Shown: positions 1 through 9,893 of the stretch, one piece after another
Position numbering within the stretch: the stretch's first letter is position 1
Layout of the letters: the number at the start of each line of letters is the position of its first letter
Sequence record: PP942979.1
Reading direction: 5' to 3' (one strand)
Length of the DNA: 64,000 nt
Position numbers and translations under genes: made by a program
Notes under the pieces: generated by a model
The model's input: the letters and a program-made list of their open reading frames with translations, nothing else
Database searches by the model: none
Told to the model about the DNA's origin: nothing

Positions 1-234
1 TGATTGAAGCATCCTCATCATCTGCGCCAGGTCAGCTTGCAGTACGTCGCTGTCGGGGTTGACAACGGTGGCAGCCGCTTCCAGTTCTGCGTTCCGCTCC
101 TTCAATTGTTCCAGTTCTTCAAGCTGGGGCAGTATCTTCCACCAAACATAGGCACCGCCTAGGATTAGTAGAACAACAGAGAAGACAGTCGCATAGTTGG
201 ACGCAAGCAACTTGTATAAAATATCCGCCCACAT
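1..234 (-). CDS. Membrane protein with one TM helix and a coiled coil (holin/spanin-like?), truncated at window edge
   Basis: Manual translation from ATG at 234: MWADILYKLLASNYATVFSVVLLILGGAYVWWKILPQLEELEQLKERNAELE...; open to position 1. Confidence 0.6.
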   Translation of the reverse strand, partial: MWADILYKLLASNYATVFSVVLLILGGAYVWWKILPQLEELEQLKERNAELEAAATVVNPDSDVLQADLAQMMRMLQS

Positions 235-239
235 TATAT

Positions 240-524
240 TCAACCCTTACAGGTGTTATCGTTCAGATCAACAATAATCCTCTCGGCACCTGGTTCGTTT
301 ACGTCAGTGGTTTTGTACGTGTGCGCCATCCGAGGCTTGAACTCTAAGCAACTCTGTCCATAACGTCCATCGACAACACAAATGGCAGACAAGCAGCTCA
401 CATCTTCCTTGAGTATCAAGTTTTCAGGAGATTCGTTGGCACTCCTAACAGCAGTGATCACGAAACCAACCACAGCGAGGGAAATGGCAACAGTAATCGC
501 AATCCTAAGTCGCTTGGCTTGCAT
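240..524 (-). CDS. Small membrane-anchored hypothetical protein
   Basis: 94 aa with an N-terminal hydrophobic helix; GAGG RBS and GCTAATTT motif upstream. Confidence 0.7.
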   Translation of the reverse strand: MQAKRLRIAITVAISLAVVGFVITAVRSANESPENLILKEDVSCLSAICVVDGRYGQSCLEFKPRMAHTYKTTDVNEPGAERIIVDLNDNTCKG

Positions 525-559
525 TTCGGGTTATACCTCATGATCCTTTTATCTGCTTG

Positions 560-567
560 AAATTAGC
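560..567 (-). promoter_or_regulatory. Putative phage late promoter GCTAATTT
   Basis: Exact 8-mer in an intergenic gap ~36 nt upstream of the ATG at 524; recurs before five other genes. Confidence 0.6.
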
Positions 568-588
568 GAACCACTCGCATCTAGGAGG

Positions 589-1452
589 TTATTCCTCCAA
601 GACACCACTAATTTCCGCAAACATGTTCTTGTAGACCAAAGAACCATCCAGCTTGTCTAGGCGTTCAGGAAGAACGTATAGCTTAGGTGAAGTACGCATG
701 TTCACCCAAGTTTTCTCATTACGATCAAGTCCACCAAGTATCGGAACAATGACCATACTGAGGTTTCTATTCGCTCTAACAAAGCCAATGTCAATATGCT
801 TCCTGTTAATGCTTATGAACAGCTTGTTGATTGCGTCCAAACCAACAGGCCTATTGAATTCCGTATCGCTAACTGTATTGACCAAGCTAATGAGAATACC
901 CCTGTCTCTGCTTTCTATATCAAACAAATCAGACTTCAAATCAGCAACGGTCGATGCGGAGAAGTAGGAGACGTCATGCCCATAGTCTTTGAGACAAGCA
1001 CCAAGCGCACGGGCTGATTCAATATGTGCTATGTTGTCGTCTCGCAGAATGTAAACTGGAGCGTCGGCCTGATACGTTCTCTGAGTCATTAGGTTGATAA
1101 GATCGCAAGAGGGCTTGCCAACAGCGGCCAAGCCCTTATTCGCAATGTAAAACTTGTCGCGGTACACATCGTACACGTTTGGTGGCATGTACTTCATGTA
1201 ATCGTCGTCCAGACTAAGTATCATGCGAGGCTTAGTGAGCTGAACGACGAGTTGCATACTACGAAGCGAGGCTCTGTATTCCGTGTCAGACAGCACACGA
1301 CTTATAGGAAGATACTGCACAACCACGAATCGGTCATCAATAGAATCGACAACCGACCGTATTAACGTACTGCCTAGCGTTGGCCCAGCAGAGAATTGGG
1401 TAACGATCATTAAGCCGTTTTCAACTAAGCCTTTCGACTCAGATAGCGTCAT
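589..1452 (-). CDS. Hypothetical protein, weak resemblance to periplasmic-binding-type alpha/beta folds
   Basis: Long ORF. The track start at 1614 overlaps the upstream gene, so the in-frame ATG at 1452 (MTLSESKG) is preferred. Motif PRMILSLDDDYMKY. Confidence 0.6.
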   Translation of the reverse strand: MTLSESKGLVENGLMIVTQFSAGPTLGSTLIRSVVDSIDDRFVVVQYLPISRVLSDTEYRASLRSMQLVVQLTKPRMILSLDDDYMKYMPPNVYDVYRDKFYIANKGLAAVGKPSCDLINLMTQRTYQADAPVYILRDDNIAHIESARALGACLKDYGHDVSYFSASTVADLKSDLFDIESRDRGILISLVNTVSDTEFNRPVGLDAINKLFISINRKHIDIGFVRANRNLSMVIVPILGGLDRNEKTWVNMRTSPKLYVLPERLDKLDGSLVYKNMFAEISGVLEE

Positions 1453-1487
1453 GCCGTTACCCGTCTGCTTTACCGCGCGCTCCCACG

Positions 1488-2312
1488 TTATTGAGGGTTC
1501 GTCTCGCTGATCGGCATGTACATTAACTGCGCCACCCCAGAGACAGGCTCCAAGAAGGTAAGCAGCAACACGTTGTCTGGATCGGCTTCTGCTGGATTGA
1601 CCGTGTCCGGCCATAGCACTTCTCCTCTCTCGTCAGTGACGTAAGGAATGCCGGAGCCCTTGCCCAATCCATGACGCAAAGCCCATACGGTGTCGGCATT
1701 CTCCTGCACGAACACTAACCCTTTAACTGTTGCTTCATCTGTAGCCTGTTCCAGAATCTCAACACGCGCACTAAGAAGCTGAGTGTCAGACTGGATGGTA
1801 CGAATCGCAGCAAGGTTAGAGTTAACGCGCTGGTTCATGTTGTTAAACATGGTGAAGAACGAGTTGTTCATCGAAGTGCGAACGCCGTCCGTATAGGACT
1901 TAGGAATCAGTTCATCGTTGTCGTAGACGGTGACGCCTGAGCGCACGAGAACTTTACCGGTAAGACGTCCACCACTTGCGCTGATAATCTGAGGCGCAGG
2001 CAAATCAGCTTCGTCCCAGACTTGAACAGTGGTCATCACCGTATTGTAGTCAGTCTCTTCCTGCCACGTATTTTTGTATGGAGCAGTAGCAGTTTTGGAC
2101 TTACGGCGCATCACTTTTTTATAGTTAGCGCTCGTTCCGTCCGCGATGATCCAGAGACCGTTTAGTGGAAAGACGTGAGTAGTAGGCTCAGCAAACGCGA
2201 GAATAATCGTAACGTCTGCACCAACCTTATACACAATGTTGTTCGACGCTGACAGACCTTGCTGCTGGGCAAGACTAATCAACGTGTCCACGTAGTTAGT
2301 CAACTGACTCAT
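1488..2312 (-). CDS. Hypothetical tail-fibre-associated protein
   Basis: 274 aa, co-oriented; central coiled coil and a C-terminal W.LRHGLGK..P.VTD motif seen in phage fibre-associated proteins. Confidence 0.7.
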   Translation of the reverse strand: MSQLTNYVDTLISLAQQQGLSASNNIVYKVGADVTIILAFAEPTTHVFPLNGLWIIADGTSANYKKVMRRKSKTATAPYKNTWQEETDYNTVMTTVQVWDEADLPAPQIISASGGRLTGKVLVRSGVTVYDNDELIPKSYTDGVRTSMNNSFFTMFNNMNQRVNSNLAAIRTIQSDTQLLSARVEILEQATDEATVKGLVFVQENADTVWALRHGLGKGSGIPYVTDERGEVLWPDTVNPAEADPDNVLLLTFLEPVSGVAQLMYMPISETNPQ

Positions 2313-2781
2313 CCGAGACTCCTAACGATTGAAGAATTGTAGAACTTACATCGGAGAAGGCTTTAGCGATCAGTTTGGCCGCAGCCTTATCGACGACGAG
2401 TGTGCTGATTTTCCCTTTGGTGTTACACACAATAGTTTGTGGTGCGTATTGTGCGAGAGCCAAAGCGAATAGCAGATGGTTGCCGAGATCACCAGTGATA
2501 CTTACCTCTACGTCAAGTTCAGGCACGTAGATGTTCTGATTGATTCCGGCAACAAACTGCGCCAGCGCAACAGGGTCGAAGACAGGAGGCGCTGTGTCGT
2601 AATCCTCAGCAAGGTCAATTTGACCCGTCTCAGGATAGAAGCGAAAGGCCGCAGGGTCACTGATGATTCTGCCAAATAGTTCATCACTGACTTCAATGCA
2701 ATCGTTGCCTGTCACTTCACGAACACGACCAACAATAGCGTTGGTCGTTAGGTTGATTCGAATTATCGGCATATTAATCAC
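2296..2781 (-). CDS. Hypothetical protein (possible fibre assembly chaperone)
   Basis: 161 aa, translationally coupled to both neighbours. Confidence 0.6.
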   Translation of the reverse strand: MINMPIIRINLTTNAIVGRVREVTGNDCIEVSDELFGRIISDPAAFRFYPETGQIDLAEDYDTAPPVFDPVALAQFVAGINQNIYVPELDVEVSITGDLGNHLLFALALAQYAPQTIVCNTKGKISTLVVDKAAAKLIAKAFSDVSSTILQSLGVSDESVD

Positions 2782-3595
2782 CTACCGCAGTATACCAGAA
2801 GTCCCAACCAGCAGTGTTCGTGCCAGTAGACTTGATGGTGAAACCGCCTAACAAGGCGTTCTCATTCATCGCGCTCGTACCGTCCAGATTGTAGAGCTGG
2901 TAGGTCTTCGCTTGGTTGAGTGCAGCGTTCACGAAGGTAATCTGAATGCTGATACAACGGTTGATGAATGCCGTGTTAAACACAACGTGGATTGTATCAG
3001 TAGTTGACGCGTTCACGACTCGACCCATGTTCTGAGTAAAGCCAGTGTTCATATCGCGGTTACTACCAATCCATGCGTTCGGTATTACAGCGCCGGTCAC
3101 AGGGTTAAGAGCTTGTGCTGTACGATATTCGTCGATAGCAGCATCTCGACCAGGACTACCGGTAGGTCCAGTAGGTCCAGTAGGACCCACAGAGCCAGTA
3201 TTACCAGTAGCGCCGACAGGCCCAGTGTTACCTGTCGGTCCATTACGACCCCTCGGACCACGAGGGCCCGGGCAGCCGTCTTCACCGTCACGCCCATCAC
3301 GACCGTTAGCACCAGGAAGGCCACGCAGACCTTCTTTACCCTGTTTACCTTCGCGTCCTGACTTGAGCTGGTCGGCAGTAGGCAGTCCGATAACACTAGA
3401 CTGACTACCATCTGGCCAAATGACTGTTAGAGTACCTGTAGTTGTGTCGAACTCCACACCCTGAGAGCCGGGAATCTTCGCAGCTTCTGTAGGGTCAATA
3501 AACTCTACAGATGTGCTAGTCTTCTTACCTAACACTTTACCGATAGGGTATGCACCGCCGTCGATAAGTGAAGGATTAATCTTTGTAAGAGACAT
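2774..3595 (-). CDS. Collagen-like fibre protein
   Basis: About 23 Gly-X-Y triplets (GREGKQG...GSPGRD) and a C-terminal beta domain ending WTAVGD-like (WYTAVGD); paralogue of 8759, 9261 and 9893. Confidence 0.85.
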   Translation of the reverse strand: MSLTKINPSLIDGGAYPIGKVLGKKTSTSVEFIDPTEAAKIPGSQGVEFDTTTGTLTVIWPDGSQSSVIGLPTADQLKSGREGKQGKEGLRGLPGANGRDGRDGEDGCPGPRGPRGRNGPTGNTGPVGATGNTGSVGPTGPTGPTGSPGRDAAIDEYRTAQALNPVTGAVIPNAWIGSNRDMNTGFTQNMGRVVNASTTDTIHVVFNTAFINRCISIQITFVNAALNQAKTYQLYNLDGTSAMNENALLGGFTIKSTGTNTAGWDFWYTAVGD

Positions 3596-3606
3596 GGGCT
3601 AAACTC

Positions 3607-3810
3607 CTAACCAGTCAGTGTTGTCCAATCAGGTTGGCCCGCCTGTCCGGTTTCTGGATTCTTGACTTTCGTGTTATTGACTGTCATACGAACCCAACGC
3701 ACACTTCCGTCTGCATCTTGAAATCGAACCTTCGTTCCACCGTAAGCTAAATTAGCTACCCACCTGTCTCTGCTTGGATCTTTGAATGCTAAACGTGCAT
3801 AAGCAGGCAT
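3607..3810 (-). CDS. Small fibre-associated hypothetical protein
   Basis: AAGGAG RBS before ATG at 3810 (MPAYARLAFKDPSRDRW); N-terminus resembles that of 6740..8749. Confidence 0.65.
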   Translation of the reverse strand: MPAYARLAFKDPSRDRWVANLAYGGTKVRFQDADGSVRWVRMTVNNTKVKNPETGQAGQPDWTTLTG

Positions 3811-3820
3811 ATGAATCTCC

Positions 3821-6724
3821 TTAGTGCAGAATCTCGTCAGGTTCCCAGCACAGGATAGGTCTGCGCCATACTTGGAACACACCGATTGGTGACGCGCGAG
3901 CATCATCAATGAAGCAATCCATGGTTCGTCCACCACTGTTACCGCTTTTCATCAACGTCTGCAAGTCAGACAACCAAGAAGCACGGCCACCAGAGTCAGC
4001 TTCGAACAACCCTTCCCAGACCATATCGAATGCACCATTCCATGCGTTAAAGTGGTGAGACGAATACGCACCATCACTGACTGTACACAGCACCATGTAC
4101 TGATAATCTTTGACACAAGGGATCATGTAGTTGTTCCCGCGTGGCACAGTGGTACTGTTATTGTTGAAGATACATTCCCAGCCCGTGCGGTCAGCAGAAC
4201 CTGTAGTGAGATACAACGGTCTACGAATGATCATCATAATACCGTTCTCACCGCCACGGTCGCTAGACTTCTCGCAGTACGCATTGCAGCGCAGGGAACG
4301 GTCAACAGTAAACGTGGTAGAGTTCGAGAAGTCACGGGTGTAGTAGTTCGATCCCCACTTCGGCAGATACTCTGCTGGTGGGACAAAGAAATGACGTTCA
4401 GCCAGCTCAAGGTCGCCGTAACGGTCATACGAGAATACGATATACTCATAACCCGCATCAATCTGAATGTTATGGCCTTGAGAGCCTGGTCCACTCCACT
4501 TCCAATGCACCTGCCAGTCGTTTGAGTCACGAGCAGGTACGCCAGTGATCAGATTGTATTTGCGCTCATAGATATGCCACACTTTCCCTTCTTCGGTTGT
4601 ATTGATATACAACGAGTTCGGGTCATTGATGTTACCATTTTCAGTGCCGCAGTAGATCTTATGGGACGCACCCGCAGAGTTATAGATAGTACCGCCACCG
4701 CCGCTACCGAACATCTCCCAGTTCATCATCAGGTGAGAGGTACACATTTCGTTCTGCCCACTACCATCAGACGTTGTAATCAGATACTCATTCAGGTCTT
4801 TGAACGGGTACTTAACGTAGCGGTTGTTAGCGCGATTGACAACATGTACCCAATCGTGAGACTGAACCAGAGGCTTAGGAGCGCATGGGTTTTCGACAGA
4901 GATAACGAACGTCTTTGTCTCATACATCGGCAGCTTCTTGAATCGGTTGTCACGGAACGTTGACGTGTATTTGGCACCAAAGAATTTGCTCATGTCAGGC
5001 ACGTCAAGAGTCTTACCGTAGCGAATGCGCATACCACGTCCGTTCTCAAGTGCAGCTTGGTTAATCTGCGTCTGAGGAGTGATAGCATTCGTGCCTGTCA
5101 CATACGGCCAACCATTACCGTCGAAGTCAAACCCTACATCGAACGTAGCATTCGGGTCATTATCCTTTTCGCCCTTGAGCATCTCAACTATGGCGTTACC
5201 TTCTCCGAGTCCAGGACTGCCGAAGCAGCAATAAGCAGCACGATAGTAGAAGTTCGGACCGTCAAAGATACGGCGTGAGGCACCGATGCGATACATAGCA
5301 GCTTCAAGGCCACTAGCTTTGCGGTTGTAAGACGCTTCATCGAACATCGTAATCAGCACCCAATAGGCACTGCTAATCGAGTTCAAGTATGCAGCCATCT
5401 GACCGGCATTAACCAGACCACTCCCCTGACCCTCACCACCATCACCATGCACATCAAACTGGCGACGCTCAACAACCTGCAACGACACTTTATCAATCTT
5501 GTAGACTGAATAGCTTCGCGCTTCTGCGTAGCGAGTACCGTTGATGATCGTATAGCCTGGGTTGGTCTGAGGCGTATAGCCTGAACCGGAGCCAGGCACA
5601 CCATAGCCTACAGCGTGGAAGAAGATACGACCACGATTGACGAGCGACTGATCGGTGTTGTTATACCACGAGATACTATGCGTCTTATTTGCAAGGCCAG
5701 CAGCCCAGTTATCAGGCTTGGACGGGAACGTGTACGCATCGAAGTTGGCTTCGTATCGCGTCCCTGGGTCTACGCAGCATACGTCACTAAAGAACGGAGG
5801 CGTATATGCCTGAGTGTCATCGTTAATATCGACAGTACCACACCAGAACGGAATCCATGTGCCCGGCTGCCCTGACATTGAAGTCTGACGAGCACCACCT
5901 GTATCGGCGAAGCGATAGCCCTGAGCACTACGGAAACCCTGCGTAAGATGAAGCTGGCCGACTTGGTTCCACGCAATATGATCACCGTACTGAGAGACTT
6001 GGCGATTACGCGCTGTCTTGGTGGCAACAATGCTTGTGGTCTTCTGCGTACTAATGCCAATCTGAGAGAAGATGGCGTTAAAGTTAGCAGCACCTTCACC
6101 AGGACCTTTTTGAAGCACAACAAACGAGATACCCTCTTTGATGGCATTAGCAATCGCGTTGCACATCTGCGCAGGCATCGTCTGAGAAGTCGCCGATAAA
6201 CAGAAAATGGTGAGAGCAAACTGTTTAAAGTATTGCTTGTCACCATTGTAGCCGAATGCACCGGCCTGTATTTCTGCGAGTGTGTGACTGTAGACGTTGT
6301 AACGCTCACGCTCAAGATAGCGAGCGAACTGGCCCCAGTTGTTATAGGCTTTCGTCTCAGTCACAGAAGCACCGTCGGACATGAGTAGAATATCATACCC
6401 ATGAGTGAAGTTGCAGTTCATATCCATCATCAGGCGTATATGGCGCAGCGCACCAACAGCTTGGTTGAACTGAGTGTTGTTGAAGTTACCAATCCAGCCG
6501 TAACCCTCAACGATGTTAAACGAATATGGCGTAACAAAATCGCCGTTCATGAATGCACTACCGAAGCCACAGATGTAGCCTGATGCGTGTCCATCAACTG
6601 CGATACTCGTTAGCGTTGAGAAATCTGGGCTCATGCCTGCGTCAGCGGAGCCAGGGTTATTCGAGGCTGACCCCGAATAACCGCTGGTGATTCCACGCAG
6701 ATATAGACAGCTTTGTTTCAGCAT
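3821..6724 (-). CDS. Large tail/fibre protein with an ILEI/PANDER-like domain
   Basis: 967 aa; segment RRQFDVHG...MAAYLNSI...VLITMFDEAS...LEAAMYRIGA...YRAAYCCFG fits the ILEI pattern. Confidence 0.75.
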   Translation of the reverse strand: MLKQSCLYLRGITSGYSGSASNNPGSADAGMSPDFSTLTSIAVDGHASGYICGFGSAFMNGDFVTPYSFNIVEGYGWIGNFNNTQFNQAVGALRHIRLMMDMNCNFTHGYDILLMSDGASVTETKAYNNWGQFARYLERERYNVYSHTLAEIQAGAFGYNGDKQYFKQFALTIFCLSATSQTMPAQMCNAIANAIKEGISFVVLQKGPGEGAANFNAIFSQIGISTQKTTSIVATKTARNRQVSQYGDHIAWNQVGQLHLTQGFRSAQGYRFADTGGARQTSMSGQPGTWIPFWCGTVDINDDTQAYTPPFFSDVCCVDPGTRYEANFDAYTFPSKPDNWAAGLANKTHSISWYNNTDQSLVNRGRIFFHAVGYGVPGSGSGYTPQTNPGYTIINGTRYAEARSYSVYKIDKVSLQVVERRQFDVHGDGGEGQGSGLVNAGQMAAYLNSISSAYWVLITMFDEASYNRKASGLEAAMYRIGASRRIFDGPNFYYRAAYCCFGSPGLGEGNAIVEMLKGEKDNDPNATFDVGFDFDGNGWPYVTGTNAITPQTQINQAALENGRGMRIRYGKTLDVPDMSKFFGAKYTSTFRDNRFKKLPMYETKTFVISVENPCAPKPLVQSHDWVHVVNRANNRYVKYPFKDLNEYLITTSDGSGQNEMCTSHLMMNWEMFGSGGGGTIYNSAGASHKIYCGTENGNINDPNSLYINTTEEGKVWHIYERKYNLITGVPARDSNDWQVHWKWSGPGSQGHNIQIDAGYEYIVFSYDRYGDLELAERHFFVPPAEYLPKWGSNYYTRDFSNSTTFTVDRSLRCNAYCEKSSDRGGENGIMMIIRRPLYLTTGSADRTGWECIFNNNSTTVPRGNNYMIPCVKDYQYMVLCTVSDGAYSSHHFNAWNGAFDMVWEGLFEADSGGRASWLSDLQTLMKSGNSGGRTMDCFIDDARASPIGVFQVWRRPILCWEPDEILH

Positions 6725-6739
6725 ATCTTCTGCATCCTG

Positions 6740-8749
6740 TTATTGATATACGACCTCAACGTTGATACGAAGGTCGATGTACTGCTCGCCGCTTTCTGGC
6801 GTGTACACAGTCACGATGCCAATCCAACCGTTAGCCGCTGTTGGTACCTGCACAAGCTCAGTCTGATATACGGAACCAGTCCAAGTGTACGAAGTCTTAG
6901 CGCTTACGATTGTACGATCACCGATGCTAGTGCCCCACGGCTCATACTCAAGCGTACCCCACAAGTCGCCGTGTTTCGTTTCGTTCGTCTTCTGGAAGTA
7001 ACCACCAGTTGCTGCAACACGAGGCGTAACGTCACGGCCGTAGCCAGAAGTAACGATACGAATACCATCGTCGGTGCAGATACGGAAGTTGAAGTTAACG
7101 GTGTGGTCAACGTTACCGTAGTAGCGCAGAACACCTTTGCTCAACGTCCAACTGCTGGAAACATCATCAACGGACAGACAGCGATATGGAACAAGATAGT
7201 CAACCACGTCAAACTTAGGCGGTTGAATCGGGCAGTATACAAAGTAAGACCAATCACATCCGATAGGCGCTGTCGCTCTGACTGTTATGTTAGAGCGTAA
7301 CGTGTGCTCTGGGTACTTCCAGAACTCAAGAGTACCTGTCTTACCTGCCGCTACATATTCAGTATCAAGCAGGTTCATGTCTTGGTCGAACACCTCAAAC
7401 TTGGTGTCAAAGGAGTTCGCTACGCAGACGACAAGAACAGCGCGTTGATCAGTTTGTGTTCCTAACGCAAAATTATCTTCTGTCGTTGGGTGGCCGGCAG
7501 AGTAGACGCTGTAACTTTCACAAGGGTGCATGTATTCACGCGCACCACGTTCACCAGGACAATACAGGCTGTAGAAGCAACTCGCAAGTGACGCAGCGTT
7601 ACCGAAGTCTTTGCTGACTACGCGCACCATAATGTCACAGGCAACTCCCTGTGGGTCAAAGTAGAAGTACAGATAACCTTCACCCGTCTTCGCGTCAAGC
7701 GTTGTTGCGATACGACGCCCTGCCTGATACACCTCGATGAAGTCAAACGTTTCCCACGAGGTGTAGTCGAGATACATCCAGCCTGCTGTCCAGCCAATGA
7801 AGTGATAGTATTCAAAGGCGTTAGCGTTCTGAATACGTTCAGCGATAGGCCAAACAGTAGCGTGACACGGAGCAGGGAAGATAGGGCTGCCGATGTAGTC
7901 AGGATGAATAACGTCAGGGAAGTTGATAACGTCATATGATGCCTGACTGTCGAGCGCTAACCCACCACGGTCAGACGGTGCTGCAAGACGAGGCGGATAG
8001 ACTTCGAGACTCCAGCCATACCCCTGAGTTGTACGCACACGCACCATGATACGCATATCAGCAGCATCAGGGTCAAACTGAAATTTGATACGAGAGCGTC
8101 CAATCAGTTTACCACACGTTGAAGCAACACGCTCGCCCATGTGATATACATCAACGCTTGCTCCAGCAGGCGCATACGAGGCAATCATCAGCTCAACGTA
8201 GCCTTCAATAGCAGGCATCGCATAGACTGTCTCGGTAATCGTTGCACCACGTCCATGAACAGACGCATACGGCACGTTAGGGTTAGCATAGGTGCCTAGC
8301 CCTGCGCGAGAAGCAACACCAGAAGGGTCGTATGATTCGATGGTCTTGATGCCGGGTCGGTTAATAGATCGACCAGTAGGAGGAGCAAAAGAGTTGACGA
8401 GACCGAAGCCAGTGCGACCAGCATCAGGTAAGTCGAACCCTGCAGGATAGCCTTTGAGTATATCGTATTTCTCACGACCGCCACTCCCTATCCCGTTACC
8501 AGAACCCTTGGTTGTTGATGTAGGACCGCCGCCACACGCGCCCGTGTCAAGATTAGAGCACGGGTCATCGTATGTAGGGTCGAACGAGTCATCAATAAGA
8601 TGCCAACGCTGACCCCATTGGTTACGCACACTAAACTTCTCTGGAGTTAAAGGCGTCCAGTCCCCCTCTCGTGTGCGTATGAACATAGGCGTGTCCACAC
8701 AGTCATGCCAACCGTTATTCGCAGCGTTACGAACGCGAAAACGAGCCAT
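6740..8749 (-). CDS. Tail/fibre protein with three repeated beta-sandwich-like domains
   Basis: 669 aa; three repeats of ...VY..G.R.A(S/T)T...F.FDP....I.VRV...Y(C/P)P. Confidence 0.75.
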   Translation of the reverse strand: MARFRVRNAANNGWHDCVDTPMFIRTREGDWTPLTPEKFSVRNQWGQRWHLIDDSFDPTYDDPCSNLDTGACGGGPTSTTKGSGNGIGSGGREKYDILKGYPAGFDLPDAGRTGFGLVNSFAPPTGRSINRPGIKTIESYDPSGVASRAGLGTYANPNVPYASVHGRGATITETVYAMPAIEGYVELMIASYAPAGASVDVYHMGERVASTCGKLIGRSRIKFQFDPDAADMRIMVRVRTTQGYGWSLEVYPPRLAAPSDRGGLALDSQASYDVINFPDVIHPDYIGSPIFPAPCHATVWPIAERIQNANAFEYYHFIGWTAGWMYLDYTSWETFDFIEVYQAGRRIATTLDAKTGEGYLYFYFDPQGVACDIMVRVVSKDFGNAASLASCFYSLYCPGERGAREYMHPCESYSVYSAGHPTTEDNFALGTQTDQRAVLVVCVANSFDTKFEVFDQDMNLLDTEYVAAGKTGTLEFWKYPEHTLRSNITVRATAPIGCDWSYFVYCPIQPPKFDVVDYLVPYRCLSVDDVSSSWTLSKGVLRYYGNVDHTVNFNFRICTDDGIRIVTSGYGRDVTPRVAATGGYFQKTNETKHGDLWGTLEYEPWGTSIGDRTIVSAKTSYTWTGSVYQTELVQVPTAANGWIGIVTVYTPESGEQYIDLRINVEVVYQ

Positions 8750-8758
8750 GATTTCTCC

Positions 8759-9250
8759 TTATGGACGTACCCAGATGGCGCCGGGTTCGATCTCTTGATC
8801 CATTGACGGGTCAGTGTCTTGAATGAAGATTTGCAGTACACCAGGATTACCAGGAGCACCAGTAGGACCCGTCGGGCCTGTAGGACCAGCAGGGCCTCTG
8901 TTACCTACCCAGCCTTGCTTGCCTTGCAGACCATCATTACCACGAGGGCCGGGACAGCCGTCAGTACCACGACGACCATCGTTACCCATGAGACCGTCAA
9001 TACCGTCACGACCAGATGGACCTACGCCACCAGCAGGACCGTAACCGATACTATGAATCGTAGGCAGCCCAGAAATTTGCAGCTTGCCAATATTGGGGAT
9101 GTTGATTGCTAACAGACCGGTAAGCTGATCAAAAGAACCGGTAAGCTGGCTGTCGTCTTCTGACGTATCAACGTTAATCCCACCTTGAGTCGCAACAACA
9201 GGGCCAGATGCGTTGGCCTTGATAAGCGATATATCAACCTTCTCTACCAT
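8759..9250 (-). CDS. Collagen-like fibre protein
   Basis: Gly-X-Y tract with GCPG; GLPT motif; C-terminal GAIWVRP. Confidence 0.85.
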   Translation of the reverse strand: MVEKVDISLIKANASGPVVATQGGINVDTSEDDSQLTGSFDQLTGLLAINIPNIGKLQISGLPTIHSIGYGPAGGVGPSGRDGIDGLMGNDGRRGTDGCPGPRGNDGLQGKQGWVGNRGPAGPTGPTGPTGAPGNPGVLQIFIQDTDPSMDQEIEPGAIWVRP

Positions 9251-9260
9251 AACAACTCCC

Positions 9261-9893
9261 TTATGGCCAAGTTATATTCTGATCTTTGGTCGGGTCTACC
9301 CAGATGGTGCCAGCAGCAACGTTCCCTGGGTTCGTAGCACTTACGATGATAGACAGACGACCGGCAGGACCCGCAGGGCCAGTTGGTCCGGTAGGGCCTG
9401 TAGCACCTGTTGCGCCAGTAGGACCCGTACCGCCACGAGGGCCAGTAGGGCCTGTAGGACCCATTGGGCCTGTGCGACCGTCTGGGCCAGTAGGACCGAC
9501 AGGCCCGGGTAGACCATCACGACCATCTGGGCCGGGAAGACCCTGCTCACCATCAGGTCCGATATTACCGTCACAACCCTGCTCACCTGGACTGCCGTCT
9601 CGCCCATCACGACCATCTTTACCATCAGCACCCGTTTCACCTCTGCCTCCCTGTCGTCCTTCAGGTATATCCGCAGCGGTTGGGAACCCACCTACTTTAA
9701 TCGACTGCCCGTTAGCGAACTTGAGAGTAAGAATACCAGAAGTCGCATCAAACGAGGAGTCAGCAGTTACCTCTGAGGGCACATCGGCATCGTTTGGGTC
9801 TATCGAAAGAACTCCAGACTGAGCGCGAATTGCAGCAGGCGTAGACGAAGAACCAGCCTGAATGAGACCGGTCTTAACTTTAATCAGACTCAT
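9261..9893 (-). CDS. Collagen-like fibre protein
   Basis: About 35 Gly-X-Y triplets; GFPT motif; C-terminal GTIWVDP. Confidence 0.85.
   Translation of the reverse strand: MSLIKVKTGLIQAGSSSTPAAIRAQSGVLSIDPNDADVPSEVTADSSFDATSGILTLKFANGQSIKVGGFPTAADIPEGRQGGRGETGADGKDGRDGRDGSPGEQGCDGNIGPDGEQGLPGPDGRDGLPGPVGPTGPDGRTGPMGPTGPTGPRGGTGPTGATGATGPTGPTGPAGPAGRLSIIVSATNPGNVAAGTIWVDPTKDQNITWP

Noticed and set aside
3749-3756. GCTAATTT copies inside coding sequence (also 60372..60379)
   Set aside because: They are 150-190 nt from the next start codon and close to chance expectation, so they were not listed as promoters.
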